DNA from: Ramlibacter sp.
GTDB lineage: Bacteria > Pseudomonadota > Gammaproteobacteria > Burkholderiales > Burkholderiaceae_C
DNA length: 36,632 nucleotides
Direction of reading: 5' to 3'
Assembly: GCA_036561125.1 (NCBI GenBank)
Contig: DATBPW010000139.1
Location: 1-36,632, forward strand
Below the pieces are notes generated by a model. That model saw nothing but the letters and a program-made list of their open reading frames with translations. It was not told where the DNA came from and made no database searches. The position numbers were made by a program, and so were the translations under genes. This document shows, piece by piece, positions 1 through 9,751 of the stretch. Positions within the stretch are counted from its first letter, which is position 1, and each line of letters begins with the position of its first letter.

Positions 1-1722
1 CTTGCTGCGGTCCTTGTAGTGCGGGTACATCTGTTCGAACAGCTGCAGGTTGTGGCGCCGGAAGCGCATCGCCTGGCGCCGGGCTTCGCCAGGCGCGAAG
101 CCGAGGTTTTCGAGCACGGTGCGCCCGCTGCGCAGGCTCGATTCGAACAATTCGCGCTCGACGAGCACGACGTTGCGATCGCGCAGGCGGTTCCAGTGCG
201 TCACGTCGCGGGCGCGCGCGACGAGCACGAGATGCGGGAAGTTCTCGCGCGCCAGGTCGACGATCGCCAGCGACTGGTCCACGTCGTCGACCGCGACCAG
301 CAGCACCTTCGCGTCTTGAGCCCCGGCGGTGCGCAGCAGGTCCAGCCGCGTCGCGTCGCCGTAGAACACCTTGTAGCCGAAGGCCCGCGCGGCCTCGATC
401 ATGTCCGCGTCGTGGTCGAGCACGGTGGACGCGATGCCCTGCGCGGTGAGCAGGCGCCCGACGATCTGGCCGTAGCGCCCGAAGCCCGCGATGATCACCG
501 GCGCGTGCTGCAGCTCATTGATCTCCTCGAGCTGCGGCGTGTTGCAGTTGGCCCAGCGCGGCAGCAGCCACTTGTCGATGGCGACGAGCAGCAGCGGCGA
601 CAGCAGCATCGACACCGCCACGGCGCCGATCAGCAGCGACGACGCTTGCGGCGACATCACGTCCAGCCCCGCCGCGGACTGGAACACGACGAACGCGAAC
701 TCGCCGCCCTGCGCGAGCAGCAGCGTGAACACGGGCCGCTCGAACACCGGGATCTGCATGCGGCGCGCCAGCGGATAGATCACCAGCGCCTTCGCCGCCA
801 TGAAGGCGATGACGATGCCGGCCATGAGCAACGGCGAGCGCGCGAGCACGCCGAAGTCGATGCTCATGCCGACGGCGATGAAGAACAGGCCGAGCAGCAG
901 GCCCTTGAACGGCTCGATGTCGGTTTCGAGTTCGCGCCGGAATTCGCTTTCGGCGAGCAGCACGCCCGCGAGGAACGCGCCGAGCGCCATCGACAGCCCG
1001 GTGAGCTGGCACAGCGCCGCGATCGCCACGACGAGCAGCAGCGACGCGGCGGTGAAGATTTCCGGCGTGCGGCTGCGCGCGATCCAGCGCAGCAGCGGCC
1101 GCAGCGCGAGGCGTCCGCCGAGGACGATCACCGCCACCACGCCGACGATGCGTAGCGCCTCGAACCAGCGGTTGGTCGTGGCCGCATCGTGATCGGTCGC
1201 GCTTCCCAGCAGCGGCAGCAACGCGATGATGGGGATGGCGGCGACGTCCTGGAACAGCAGGATCGAAAAGCCCGCCTGGCCGCTCGACGTGGGCAACAGG
1301 TTGCGTTCGCCCATCACCTGCAGCGCAATGGCGGTCGACGACAACGCGAGGCCGAGCGCCGCGATGGTCGCGACACGCCACGGCACGCCGGCCGCAATGG
1401 CGACGACACCGATCAGCGCGGCGCAGGCGAGCACCTGCACGCTGCCCCAGCCGAAGATCGGCCGGCGCATGCTCCACAGCCGCCGCGGTTCGAGCTCCAG
1501 CCCGACCAGGAACAGCATCAGCACCACGCCGAATTCGGCGAAGTGCAGGATGTCGGGCGCGTTCGTGACGATGCGCAGGCCCCACGGGCCGATCGCGATG
1601 CCCGCGGCGAGGTAGCCGATGATCGAACCGAGGCCCGCCGCGCGCGCGAGCGGCACCGCGAACACCGCGGCGGCGAGGTAGACGAGGCTGCTGGTGAGCC
1701 AAGCCGGCAGGTGGTCGATCAT
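1..1722 (-). CDS. kefC: Glutathione-regulated K+ efflux antiporter KefC/KefB (3' end outside window)
   Basis: Not in the ORF track because it runs off the edge. Manual translation from the ATG at 1722 gives MIDHLPAWLTSSLVYLAAAVFAVPLARAAGLGSIIGYLAAGIAIGPWGL..., followed by CPA2 motifs (LLFQDVAAIP, IEPFKGLLLGLFFIAVGM, QGGEFAFVVF) and a KTN domain (IIAGFGRYGQIV). ATGA overlap with the kefF stop. Confidence 0.93.
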   Translation of the reverse strand, partial: MIDHLPAWLTSSLVYLAAAVFAVPLARAAGLGSIIGYLAAGIAIGPWGLRIVTNAPDILHFAEFGVVLMLFLVGLELEPRRLWSMRRPIFGWGSVQVLACAALIGVVAIAAGVPWRVATIAALGLALSSTAIALQVMGERNLLPTSSGQAGFSILLFQDVAAIPIIALLPLLGSATDHDAATTNRWFEALRIVGVVAVIVLGGRLALRPLLRWIARSRTPEIFTAASLLLVVAIAALCQLTGLSMALGAFLAGVLLAESEFRRELETDIEPFKGLLLGLFFIAVGMSIDFGVLARSPLLMAGIVIAFMAAKALVIYPLARRMQIPVFERPVFTLLLAQGGEFAFVVFQSAAGLDVMSPQASSLLIGAVAVSMLLSPLLLVAIDKWLLPRWANCNTPQLEEINELQHAPVIIAGFGRYGQIVGRLLTAQGIASTVLDHDADMIEAARAFGYKVFYGDATRLDLLRTAGAQDAKVLLVAVDDVDQSLAIVDLARENFPHLVLVARARDVTHWNRLRDRNVVLVERELFESSLRSGRTVLENLGFAPGEARRQAMRFRRHNLQLFEQMYPHYKDRSK

Positions 1723-2345
1723 GAGTTGGGCCTGTCGACGGGCGGCACTTCGCACGCCGGGCATTGCGGCAGGTCGGCGAGCTCGGGCCAATCGGGATAA
1801 CTCGCGAGGCGCTCGCGGAACACCGCCACGTGCCGCCCGACTGCGTCTTCGCTCGCGCGGCGCGCGGCGTGCAGCACGAGCGGCGGCAGGAAACGCATGC
1901 CGCACAAGGCGGCCGTCTGCTCGTACGGCGGCATGAAGGCGTCGAAGAAGTAGCGGTTGTAGCCCTGCGGGTGGTACGACTCCTCGGGCCCACCGGTGGT
2001 GGCGACCAGCCACAGGTCGCGGCTTTGCAGGGCCGTGCCCTGGTGGCCGTACGCCCACCCATAGGCGAGCACTTCGTCGAACCAGAGTTTTTGCAGCGGC
2101 GGCATCGAGTACCACTGGATCGGGTGCAGCAGCACGATCAATTGCGCCGCCTGCGCGGCCTGCTGCTCGGCGGGCACGTCGATGTCGAAATCCGGGTACA
2201 GCGAATACAGGTCGCGCACGTCGGCGGAGGCGACGCCTTGCGCCGCCTCGAACAGCCGCCGGTTGACGCGCGACACGCGCCAGTCGGGGTGCGCGGCCAG
2301 CACGAGGACCGGCTTCGCTGGATCTTCCTTGGCTTGCTCAACCAT
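1719..2345 (-). CDS. kefF: KefF/KefG-type NAD(P)H-dependent flavodoxin-fold ancillary protein
   Basis: AHP..SRVN, DLYSLYPDFDIDV, HPIQWYSMPPLQKLWFDEVLAYGWAYG motifs; translationally coupled to kefC. Confidence 0.9.
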   Translation of the reverse strand: MVEQAKEDPAKPVLVLAAHPDWRVSRVNRRLFEAAQGVASADVRDLYSLYPDFDIDVPAEQQAAQAAQLIVLLHPIQWYSMPPLQKLWFDEVLAYGWAYGHQGTALQSRDLWLVATTGGPEESYHPQGYNRYFFDAFMPPYEQTAALCGMRFLPPLVLHAARRASEDAVGRHVAVFRERLASYPDWPELADLPQCPACEVPPVDRPNS

Positions 2346-2377
2346 TTCTGTACGATAGCGCGGAGGAGGTGCCCATC

Positions 2378-2995
2378 ATGCCCGTCGTGGTCGTTGCGAA
2401 TCCCAAAGGCGGCGTCGGCAAGTCGACGCTGGCCACCAACATCGCCGGTTACTTCGCGAGCAAGGGCCACACGGTCATGCTGGGCGACGCCGACCGCCAG
2501 CAATCGTCGCGATTGTGGCTGGGACTGCGGCCGGCCGCAGCCCGGACCATCACGGGGTGGGACGTCGGCGAAGACAGGCTCGCCAAGCCGCCCAGGGGCA
2601 CGACGCACGTCGTGCTCGACACGCCGGCCGGCGTGCACGGCAAGGCGCTCAAGCAGGTGGTCGACCTGGCGGACAAGGTCGTCGTCCCGCTGCAGCCGAG
2701 CATCTTCGACATCTATGCGACGCGGCACTTCCTCGACGAGCTCGCCCTGTTGAAGAAGAGCGCGCACAAGCAGGTGGGCATCATCGGCATGCGCGTCGAC
2801 CCGCGCACCATCTCCGCCGACAAGCTGCAGGAGTTCGTGGCCGGCCTGAAATTGCCGGTGATCGGCTACCTGCGCAGCACGCAGAACTACATCCACCTCG
2901 CCGCGCGCGGGCTCACGCTGTTCGACGTCGCGCCGGGCCGCGTCGAGCGCGACCTCGAGCAGTGGAAGGACATCTGCCGCTGGCTGGACAACTGA
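2378..2995 (+). CDS. ParA/Soj-family ATPase (short, orphan)
   Basis: Deviant Walker A NPKGGVGKST, DADRQ, VVLDTPAG. SD GGAGGAGG at 2362-2369 favours ATG 2378 over GTG 2369. Confidence 0.88.
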   Translation: MPVVVVANPKGGVGKSTLATNIAGYFASKGHTVMLGDADRQQSSRLWLGLRPAAARTITGWDVGEDRLAKPPRGTTHVVLDTPAGVHGKALKQVVDLADKVVVPLQPSIFDIYATRHFLDELALLKKSAHKQVGIIGMRVDPRTISADKLQEFVAGLKLPVIGYLRSTQNYIHLAARGLTLFDVAPGRVERDLEQWKDICRWLDN

Positions 2996-3021
2996 AACCA
3001 GGGCAGCGGTAAAGTCCGCGC

Positions 3022-3480
3022 ATGAAGCGCACATTCGAGAAGCTCTCCGACCTCGCCGCGCTCGTGGGCGAGGAAGTCGCGGTGAGCGACTGGCTCACGG
3101 TGACGCAGGAGCAGGTGAACCTGTTCGCGCAGGCCACCGGCGACCACCAGTGGATCCACATCGACGTCGAGCGCGCGAAGAAGGGGCCGTTCGGCGCGCC
3201 GATCGCGCACGGCTTCCTCACGCTGTCGCTGCTGCCCAAGCTGCTCGAAAGCTCGATCGACGTGCGCGAGACGCGCATGGGCGTCAACTACGGGTTGAAC
3301 AAGGTGCGCTTCACCGCGCCGGTGCCGGTGGGCAGCCGCCTGCGCGCCCGCACGAAGCTGCTGGCCGCGGACGCGATCGAAAACGGCGGGTTCCAGTTCA
3401 CGTGGAACGTGACGATCGAGCGCGAGGGCGGCGACAAGCCCGCCTGCGTGGCGGAATCTATTTCCCGCCGTTATCCCTGA
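3022..3480 (+). CDS. MaoC-family (NodN-like) dehydratase
   Basis: FAQATGDHQWIHID..., GAPIAHGFLTLSL, NYGLNKVRF hot-dog fold motifs. Confidence 0.9.
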   Translation: MKRTFEKLSDLAALVGEEVAVSDWLTVTQEQVNLFAQATGDHQWIHIDVERAKKGPFGAPIAHGFLTLSLLPKLLESSIDVRETRMGVNYGLNKVRFTAPVPVGSRLRARTKLLAADAIENGGFQFTWNVTIEREGGDKPACVAESISRRYP

Positions 3481-3934
3481 ACTGGTTCTGGCGCCACGCC
3501 TCGAACACCGTCACCGCGACCGCGTTTGACAGATTCAGGCTGCGCTGGCCGGCGCGCATCGGCAGCTTCAGTCGCTGCTCCGGCGGGAACGATTCGCGCA
3601 GCTGCGGCGCGAGGCCGCTCGTCTCCGAGCCGAACACCAGCCAGTCGCCGGGCGCGAACGGCGTGTCGTGCACGAGTTGCGTGCCGCGCGTGGTCAGCGC
3701 GAACATGCGCGTGCGGTCGGGCTGCATCGATTCGAGGAGCGCGTCCCAGCTCGCGTGGCGGCGCACGTCGGCGTACTCGTGGTAGTCGAGCCCGGCGCGC
3801 TTCATCAGCTTGTCCTCCATCGAAAAACCGAGCGGCTCGACCAGGTGCAGCGCGCATCCGGTGTTGGCCGCGAGCCGGATCACGTTGCCGGTGTTGGGCG
3901 GGATCTCGGGCTGGACCAGGACGATGTTGAACAT
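3458..3934 (-). CDS. trmL: tRNA (cytidine/uridine-34 2'-O)-methyltransferase TrmL
   Basis: IVLVQPEIPPNTGN, RAGLDYHE, FGSETSGL, RSLNLSN SPOUT motifs. Confidence 0.95.
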   Translation of the reverse strand: MFNIVLVQPEIPPNTGNVIRLAANTGCALHLVEPLGFSMEDKLMKRAGLDYHEYADVRRHASWDALLESMQPDRTRMFALTTRGTQLVHDTPFAPGDWLVFGSETSGLAPQLRESFPPEQRLKLPMRAGQRSLNLSNAVAVTVFEAWRQNQFRDNGGK

Positions 3935-4645
3935 TCAGTCGTGCCCCGGTTCGTCGGTGCGCGCGAAGACGATGGCCGTGACGTTCGCGGCGCCGCCTTC
4001 GCGCAGCACATGAGCGGCCGCGTGGATCGACGCGCCGCTGGTCATCACGTCGTCGACCAGCACGACGCTCTTGCCGCGCACTGCGTCAGGCCGCAGCGGA
4101 TCGAGGGCGAACGCACCTTTCACGTTGGCGACGCGCGCCTTGCGGTCGAGCGCCAACTGCGCGGGCGTGTGCCGGATGCGCAGCAGCAGCGTCGCGTCGG
4201 TGCGCTTGGGCGCCAGCTGCTTCGCCAGTTCGAACGCCTGGTTGAAGCCACGCTCGGCCAGCCGCTCGCGCGCGAGCGGCATCGGCAGCACGAGGTCGGC
4301 CTGGTCCAGGGCCGGCTCGACCCACGGCGCGCTGCGCATCAGCGTGGCGAACACGCGCGACCAGCCGGCCTGCCCGTGGAATTTGTACTGCGTGACCAGG
4401 TCCGACCAGGGATAGCCATAGGTCACTGCCGCATGGCAGGCATCGACCGGCGGCGGCTGCGCAAGGCAGCGCCCGCACTGCGTGATGCCCGGCGGCACCG
4501 GCAGCGCGCAACGCACGCAGCGCGAACGCGGCTGCGCGAAGCGAGCGACACAGGCTTCGCACAACGGCTGCGCCGGCCACGCGCGGCACACGGCGCACTG
4601 GCCGGGCAGCGTGCTTTCGACTCCCTGCATCAGCCGCTGGAACAT
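3935..4645 (-). CDS. comF: ComF-family protein (zinc ribbon + phosphoribosyltransferase domain)
   Basis: N-terminal CxxC pairs, RGFNQ, VLVDDVMTSGAS PRPP loop. Confidence 0.9.
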   Translation of the reverse strand: MFQRLMQGVESTLPGQCAVCRAWPAQPLCEACVARFAQPRSRCVRCALPVPPGITQCGRCLAQPPPVDACHAAVTYGYPWSDLVTQYKFHGQAGWSRVFATLMRSAPWVEPALDQADLVLPMPLARERLAERGFNQAFELAKQLAPKRTDATLLLRIRHTPAQLALDRKARVANVKGAFALDPLRPDAVRGKSVVLVDDVMTSGASIHAAAHVLREGGAANVTAIVFARTDEPGHD

Positions 4646-4670
4646 GGCCGGTCAATATACTCGGCGCGCG

Positions 4671-5555
4671 ATGGCCGATGCGCGACCTCCTTCGATCGAC
4701 CCGGCGGCTGCGGCGCGCTGGCGGCATGCCGCGCCGGCGCGGTCGCCGTGGCTGCACGAGGAAGTGGGGCGGCGCATGGCCGAGCGGCTCGAATGGATCC
4801 GCATCGCGCCGGCGACCTGGGCCGACTGGGAGCCGGTGCGCGGCGGCCTCGAGGCGCATCGCCTGGTTGCCGCTCGCTATCCGCGAGCGCAGTGCTGGGT
4901 GGTCGAGCACGCCCCGAAACACGTCGCAGCCGCGCGACGCGAACTCGCGCGGCCGTGGTGGCGCCTGGGGGCGGCCGCCGTGCACTTCGATGCGGTCCCT
5001 GCTGCCGGCGTGCAGATGCTGTGGGCGAACATGGCGCTTCACATGGCGGCCGATCCGCAGACATTGATCGCCGCGTGGCACCGAACGCTCGCGGTCGACG
5101 GCTTCCTGATGTTCTCGTGCTTCGGCCCAGACACTCTGCGCGAGTTGCGCGCGCTGTATGCGCGCCTCGGCTGGCCGCCGCCCGCGCACGAATTCACCGA
5201 CATGCACGACTGGGGTGACATGCTCGTGCATGCGGGCTTCGCCGAACCGGTGATGGACATGGAGCGCGTCACGCTCACCTGGGAGAGCCCCGGGCGCATG
5301 CTGGGCGAACTGCGCGAGCTCGGGGCGAACCTGAATCGCGCGCGATTCACGGGGCTGCGCGGCCGCGCGTGGCGACGCCAGCTCGACGCGCACCTGGACG
5401 GCTTGCGCGGCGCCGACGGCCGCCTGGCCCTCACGTTCGAGATCGTCTACGGCCATGCGATCAAGCCGCTGCCGCGCGTGCGCGTGGCCGGCGAAAGCGC
5501 GGTTTCCGTGCAGGACCTGCAAACGATGTTGCGGGGCGGCCGCAAGCCGGGCTGA
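4671..5555 (+). CDS. BioC/NDUFAF5-like SAM-methyltransferase-fold protein
   Basis: WLHEEVGRRMAERL, LWANMALH, FSCFGPDTLREL, FTDMHDWGDMLVHAGFAEPVMDME, LTFEIVYGHA; divergent from comF. Start taken at ATG 4671 because the longer ORF overlaps comF. Confidence 0.8.
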   Translation: MADARPPSIDPAAAARWRHAAPARSPWLHEEVGRRMAERLEWIRIAPATWADWEPVRGGLEAHRLVAARYPRAQCWVVEHAPKHVAAARRELARPWWRLGAAAVHFDAVPAAGVQMLWANMALHMAADPQTLIAAWHRTLAVDGFLMFSCFGPDTLRELRALYARLGWPPPAHEFTDMHDWGDMLVHAGFAEPVMDMERVTLTWESPGRMLGELRELGANLNRARFTGLRGRAWRRQLDAHLDGLRGADGRLALTFEIVYGHAIKPLPRVRVAGESAVSVQDLQTMLRGGRKPG

Positions 5556-5572
5556 GCCTGCTTCGGGGCCGC

Positions 5573-5598
5573 TACAATGCTCCGTTGATTTTCGTCAA
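5573..5598 (+). promoter_or_regulatory. -10 element (TACAAT) followed by an FNR/Anr-type box (TTGAT-tttc-GTCAA) at the head of the cox cluster
   Basis: TACAAT at 5573-5578; TTGAT-N4-GTCAA at 5585-5598, one mismatch to TTGAT-N4-ATCAA. Confidence 0.65.
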
Positions 5599-5609
5599 AA
5601 AAGTTCGTG

Positions 5610-6092
5610 ATGCCCGTGCCGAAACCAGTGTTTCGTTTCGCCACCGTCCAGGGCCAGGCCATCTACTGGTTCCTGAAGCGCAACTGCTCGGTCACGCCGC
5701 AGCAGTTGGGCTGGCTCTATGCGTCGCTGTGCGTCGTGTCGCTGGGAATCGCCGGCGCGTTCTGGGCGGTGGGCGCGGTGCTGGTGCTGCCGTTCGCGTG
5801 GCTCGAACTGGCCGCGGTGGGCCTGGCGTTCCTCGTGTACGCGCGGCATGCGAGCGACGGGGAGCGCATCTCGATCAAGGGGCGGCAGCTGGTCGTCGAG
5901 CTGGAGAATGCCGGCCAGCTGCAGCGCGCCGAATTCAACCGGGATTGGGTGAGGGTGGAGCCGGTCGCCGACGACCGCTCGCTCATCCAGCTGTCGGGGC
6001 AGGGCCGGCAAGTCAACGTGGGGCGCTTCGTGCGCCCCGAATTGCGCCCGGCGCTCGCGCAGGAGATCCGAAGGGCACTGCGCGAAGCGTGA
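5610..6092 (+). CDS. DUF2244-family membrane protein
   Basis: LKRNCSVTPQQL, two TM helices, VNVGRFVRPELRPALAQEIRRAL; typical position upstream of coxB. Start is GTG 5607 or ATG 5610. Confidence 0.8.
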   Translation: MPVPKPVFRFATVQGQAIYWFLKRNCSVTPQQLGWLYASLCVVSLGIAGAFWAVGAVLVLPFAWLELAAVGLAFLVYARHASDGERISIKGRQLVVELENAGQLQRAEFNRDWVRVEPVADDRSLIQLSGQGRQVNVGRFVRPELRPALAQEIRRALREA

Positions 6093-6163
6093 GGGGAAGA
6101 CGGCGGCGGCCTTCAGGGGCGGCCGCGGCAAGAGACAAGAATCGAAAGCCAACCGAAAACACC

Positions 6164-7324
6164 ATGAAGAGCATTTCCACCAAGCTGGCCTGGCTGCTGC
6201 CCGCAGCGGGCTTCGTGCCCGCGGCACATGCCGTCAATTCGCTGCCCGGCGGCCCTGGCGTGCTGCAGCTCAACCTGCACGACGCGGTCACGCGCATCGC
6301 CGTCGAGCAGGGCTGGCTGCACTGGTTCATGCTGATCACGTGCTTCGTGATCTTCCTGATGGTGTTCTCGGTGATGTTCTATTCGATCTGGAAGCACCGC
6401 AAGTCGGTGGGCCACGCGCCCGCGAGCTTCCACGAATCGGTGACGGTCGAAGTGATCTGGACCATCATCCCGTTCCTGATCGTGATCGGGATGGCGCTGC
6501 CCGCGACGAAGGTGCTGGTCGCCTCGAAGGACACGAGCAACTCCGACGTGACGATCAAGGCCACCGGCTACCAGTGGAAGTGGGGCTACGACTACCTCAC
6601 GGGCGAAGGCCAGGGCATCTCGTTCCTGTCCACGCTCGATCCCACGATGCGCGAGATGTCCAACGAAGGCGCCAAGGGCGACATCCCGGACGATTACCTG
6701 CTGCGCGTGGACAACCCGCTGGTCGTGCCGGTCAACAAGAAGATCCGCATCATCACCACCGCCAACGACGTGATCCACTCGTGGGGCGTGCCCTCGTTCG
6801 GCGTGAAGCAGGACGCGATCCCCGGCTTCGTGCGCGACACCTGGTTCCGCAGCGAGAAGACCGGCGACTTCTACGGCCAGTGCTATGAGCTGTGCGGCAA
6901 GGAACACGCCTACATGCCGATCCACGTGAAGGTGCTGTCCGCGGCCGACTACACCGCATGGGTGGGCGACCAGCAAAAGAAGATGGCCGCCAAGGCCGAC
7001 GACCCGAAGAAGGTGTGGACGCTGGCCGACCTGGAGGCGCGCGGCGAAAAGGTCTACGGCGGCACGTGCGCCGCGTGCCACCAGCCCAACGGCAAGGGCG
7101 CCGGCCCGATCCTGCCGCTGGACGGTTCGCCGATCGTCAACGACGCGGACAAGGACAAGCAGATCCAGGTGGTGCTCAACGGCCGCAACGGCATGCCGTC
7201 GTGGAAGGCGTCGCTGTCGTCCACCGACATCGCGGCCGTCATCACCTTCACGAAGAATCACTGGTCCAACCACACGGGGCAGGTCGTCCAGCCGGCCGAC
7301 GTGGTGGCGCAAGGCGGCAAGTAA
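6164..7324 (+). CDS. coxB: Cytochrome c oxidase subunit II with C-terminal cytochrome c domain
   Basis: [17 protein letters not shown], CuA motif [12 protein letters not shown], haem c motif CAACH. ATG at 6164; the ORF-track start at 5369 overlaps other genes. Confidence 0.96.
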   Translation: MKSISTKLAWLLPAAGFVPAAHAVNSLPGGPGVLQLNLHDAVTRIAVEQGWLHWFMLITCFVIFLMVFSVMFYSIWKHRKSVGHAPASFHESVTVEVIWTIIPFLIVIGMALPATKVLVASKDTSNSDVTIKATGYQWKWGYDYLTGEGQGISFLSTLDPTMREMSNEGAKGDIPDDYLLRVDNPLVVPVNKKIRIITTANDVIHSWGVPSFGVKQDAIPGFVRDTWFRSEKTGDFYGQCYELCGKEHAYMPIHVKVLSAADYTAWVGDQQKKMAAKADDPKKVWTLADLEARGEKVYGGTCAACHQPNGKGAGPILPLDGSPIVNDADKDKQIQVVLNGRNGMPSWKASLSSTDIAAVITFTKNHWSNHTGQVVQPADVVAQGGK

Positions 7325-7364
7325 GCCGCGGCTCAACGAATCGACAGGAACGAGGTCCAACACC

Positions 7365-9017
7365 ATGAGCGCAGTTCTCCCGCAAGGCGCCGCCGATCAC
7401 TCGCACGACGAGCACCACCATGCGCCCACCGGCTGGCGCCGCTGGGTCTATGCCACGAACCACAAGGACATCGGCACGCTGTACCTGCTGTTCGCCTTCA
7501 CGATGCTGATGATCGGCGGGCTGCTCGCCATGATGATCCGCGCCGAGCTGTTCGAGCCCGGCCTGCAGTTCGTGAACCCCGAGCTGTTCAACCAGCTCAC
7601 CACGATGCACGGGCTGATCATGGTCTTCGGCGCGATCATGCCGGCCTTCGTGGGCTTCGCGAACTGGATGGTGCCGCTGCAGATCGGCGCGCCCGACATG
7701 GCGTTCGCGCGCATGAACAACTTCAGCTTCTGGCTGGTGATCCCCGCGGCGATCATGCTGGTCGCGTCGTTCTTCGTGCCCGGCGGCGCACCCGCCGCGG
7801 GCTGGACGATCTACGCGCCGCTCACGCTGCAGATGGGTCCGTCGATGGACATGGCCATCTTCGCGCTGCACATCCTCGGCGCGAGCTCGATCATGGGCTC
7901 GATCAACATCATCGTCACCATCCTGAACATGCGCGCCCCCGGCATGACGCTGATGAAGATGCCGCTGTTCTGCTGGACGTGGCTGATCACCGCCTACCTG
8001 CTGATCGCCGTGATGCCCGTGCTGGCCGGCGCGATCACGATGACGCTGACCGACCGCCACTTCGGCACGACGTTCTTCAACCCCGCCGGCGGCGGCGACC
8101 CGGTGATGTTCCAGCACATCTTCTGGTTCTTCGGCCACCCCGAGGTCTACATCATGATCCTGCCGGCCTTCGGCATCATCAGCCAGGTCGTGCCGGCGTT
8201 CTCGCGCAAGAAGCTGTTCGGCTACGCCTCGATGGTGTACGCCACCAGCTCGATCGCGATCCTGTCGTTCATCGTGTGGGCGCACCACATGTTCACCACC
8301 GGCATGCCGGTGACGGGCCAGCTGTTCTTCATGTACGCGACGATGCTGATCGCGGTGCCGACGGCCGTGAAGATCTTCAACTGGATCGCGACGATGTGGC
8401 AGGGCTCGATGACGTTCGAGACGCCGATGCTGTGGGCCGTGGGCTTCATCTTCGTGTTCACGATGGGCGGCTTCACGGGCCTGATCCTCGCGATGGCGCC
8501 GATCGACCTGCTGCTGCAGGACACGTATTACGTCGTCGCGCACTTCCACTACGTGCTCGTCGCCGGTTCGCTGTTCGCGATGTTCGCCGGCTTCTACTAC
8601 TGGTCGCCGAAGTGGACGGGCGTCATGTACAACGAGCGCAACGGCAAGATCCACTTCTGGAGCTCGCTGATCTCGTTCAACCTGACGTTCTTCCCGATGC
8701 ACTTCCTCGGGTTGGCCGGCATGCCGCGCCGCACCGCCGACTACCCGGCGCAGTTCGCGGACTTCAACATGATCGCGTCGATCGGCGGCTTCTGGTTCGG
8801 CTTGTCGCAGGTGTACTTCCTGTTCTTCGTGCTGCTGCCCGTGCTGCGCGGCAAGGGCCAGGTGGCGCCGCAGCGCCCGTGGAACGACGCTGACGGCAAG
8901 GGCGCGGAAGGCCTCGAGTGGGAAGTGCCGTCGCCGGCACCGTTCCACACGTTCGAGACGCCCCCGCGCCTGAACGCGGCGGCGACGAAGATCATCGACG
9001 CACCGGCCGCGCATTGA
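7365..9017 (+). CDS. coxA: Cytochrome c oxidase subunit I (type A1, aa3)
   Basis: [43 protein letters not shown]. Confidence 0.98.
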   Translation: MSAVLPQGAADHSHDEHHHAPTGWRRWVYATNHKDIGTLYLLFAFTMLMIGGLLAMMIRAELFEPGLQFVNPELFNQLTTMHGLIMVFGAIMPAFVGFANWMVPLQIGAPDMAFARMNNFSFWLVIPAAIMLVASFFVPGGAPAAGWTIYAPLTLQMGPSMDMAIFALHILGASSIMGSINIIVTILNMRAPGMTLMKMPLFCWTWLITAYLLIAVMPVLAGAITMTLTDRHFGTTFFNPAGGGDPVMFQHIFWFFGHPEVYIMILPAFGIISQVVPAFSRKKLFGYASMVYATSSIAILSFIVWAHHMFTTGMPVTGQLFFMYATMLIAVPTAVKIFNWIATMWQGSMTFETPMLWAVGFIFVFTMGGFTGLILAMAPIDLLLQDTYYVVAHFHYVLVAGSLFAMFAGFYYWSPKWTGVMYNERNGKIHFWSSLISFNLTFFPMHFLGLAGMPRRTADYPAQFADFNMIASIGGFWFGLSQVYFLFFVLLPVLRGKGQVAPQRPWNDADGKGAEGLEWEVPSPAPFHTFETPPRLNAAATKIIDAPAAH

Positions 9018-9037
9018 CCGTGCTGCACGAGCATTTC

Positions 9038-9151
9038 ATGACGCCGGAAGAGCGCAAGAAGTCGAACGTGCGGCTGGCGCTGGTGCTGGCGTCGGTCGCG
9101 GCCGTGTTCTTCATCGGCTTCATGGTCAAGATGGCCCTGTTCGGCCACTGA
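9038..9151 (+). CDS. 37-aa single-TM cytochrome oxidase small assembly protein
   Basis: MTPEERKKSNVRLALVLASVAAVFFIGFMVKMALFGH; fills the gap between coxA and ctaG. Confidence 0.8.
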   Translation: MTPEERKKSNVRLALVLASVAAVFFIGFMVKMALFGH

Positions 9152-9160
9152 AGGGACCCA

Positions 9161-9751
9161 ATGGCAAAGGGCCAGAACGCGAAGATGCTGGGCAAGCTGG
9201 CCGTGGTCGCGGCCGGCATGTTCCTCTTCGGCTATGCGCTGGTGCCGCTGTACAAGCACATCTGCGAAGTCACGGGCATCAACGTGCTCGCGGTCGGCGA
9301 AACCGAAGTGCCGGGCTCGTCGCGGGCCGCGCCGAACACGCAGATCGACAAGACGCGCACGATCACGGTCGAGTTCGACGCGAACGCGCACGGGCCGTGG
9401 TCGTTCAAGCCCGCCCTGAATTCGCTGAAGGTGCACCCCGGCGAACTCGCAACCGTGATGTACCAGTTCCGCAACGAGCAGAACCGCCGCATGACGGCGC
9501 AGGCGATCCCCAGCTACGCGCCGCGCGAGGCGGGCCCGCATTTCAACAAGGTCGAGTGCTTCTGCTTCAGGCAGTACACGCTCGACCCCGGCGAATCGAA
9601 GCAGTGGCCGGTGTCGTTCGTCATCGACCCGAAGCTGTCGAAGGACGTCACGACGATCACGTTGTCGTACACCTTCTTCGAGGTGGGCAGCCCGGTGCCG
9701 CCCGCGCCGGACTCGCAGGCCGCCGCGCCGGGGGCGGGCCATGCGTCATGA
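9161..9751 (+). CDS. ctaG: Cox11/CtaG copper (CuB) insertion protein
   Basis: FGYALVPLY..IC.VTG, FNKVECFCF, ITLSYTFF. Confidence 0.95.
   Translation: MAKGQNAKMLGKLAVVAAGMFLFGYALVPLYKHICEVTGINVLAVGETEVPGSSRAAPNTQIDKTRTITVEFDANAHGPWSFKPALNSLKVHPGELATVMYQFRNEQNRRMTAQAIPSYAPREAGPHFNKVECFCFRQYTLDPGESKQWPVSFVIDPKLSKDVTTITLSYTFFEVGSPVPPAPDSQAAAPGAGHAS

Noticed and set aside
19-1800. Long + strand ORFs (19-1155, 1189-1800, etc.)
   Set aside because: Antisense shadows of kefC, which the ORF track missed because it runs off the window edge; Arg/Ala-rich with no motifs.
2378-2995. ParA as a sign of an integrated plasmid or prophage
   Set aside because: No rep, parB, integrase, att sites or compositional shift; flanked by housekeeping genes.
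6880-6915. CuA motif variant CYELCG in CoxB
   Set aside because: All ligands (C, E, C, H, M) are intact; the second position is variable.
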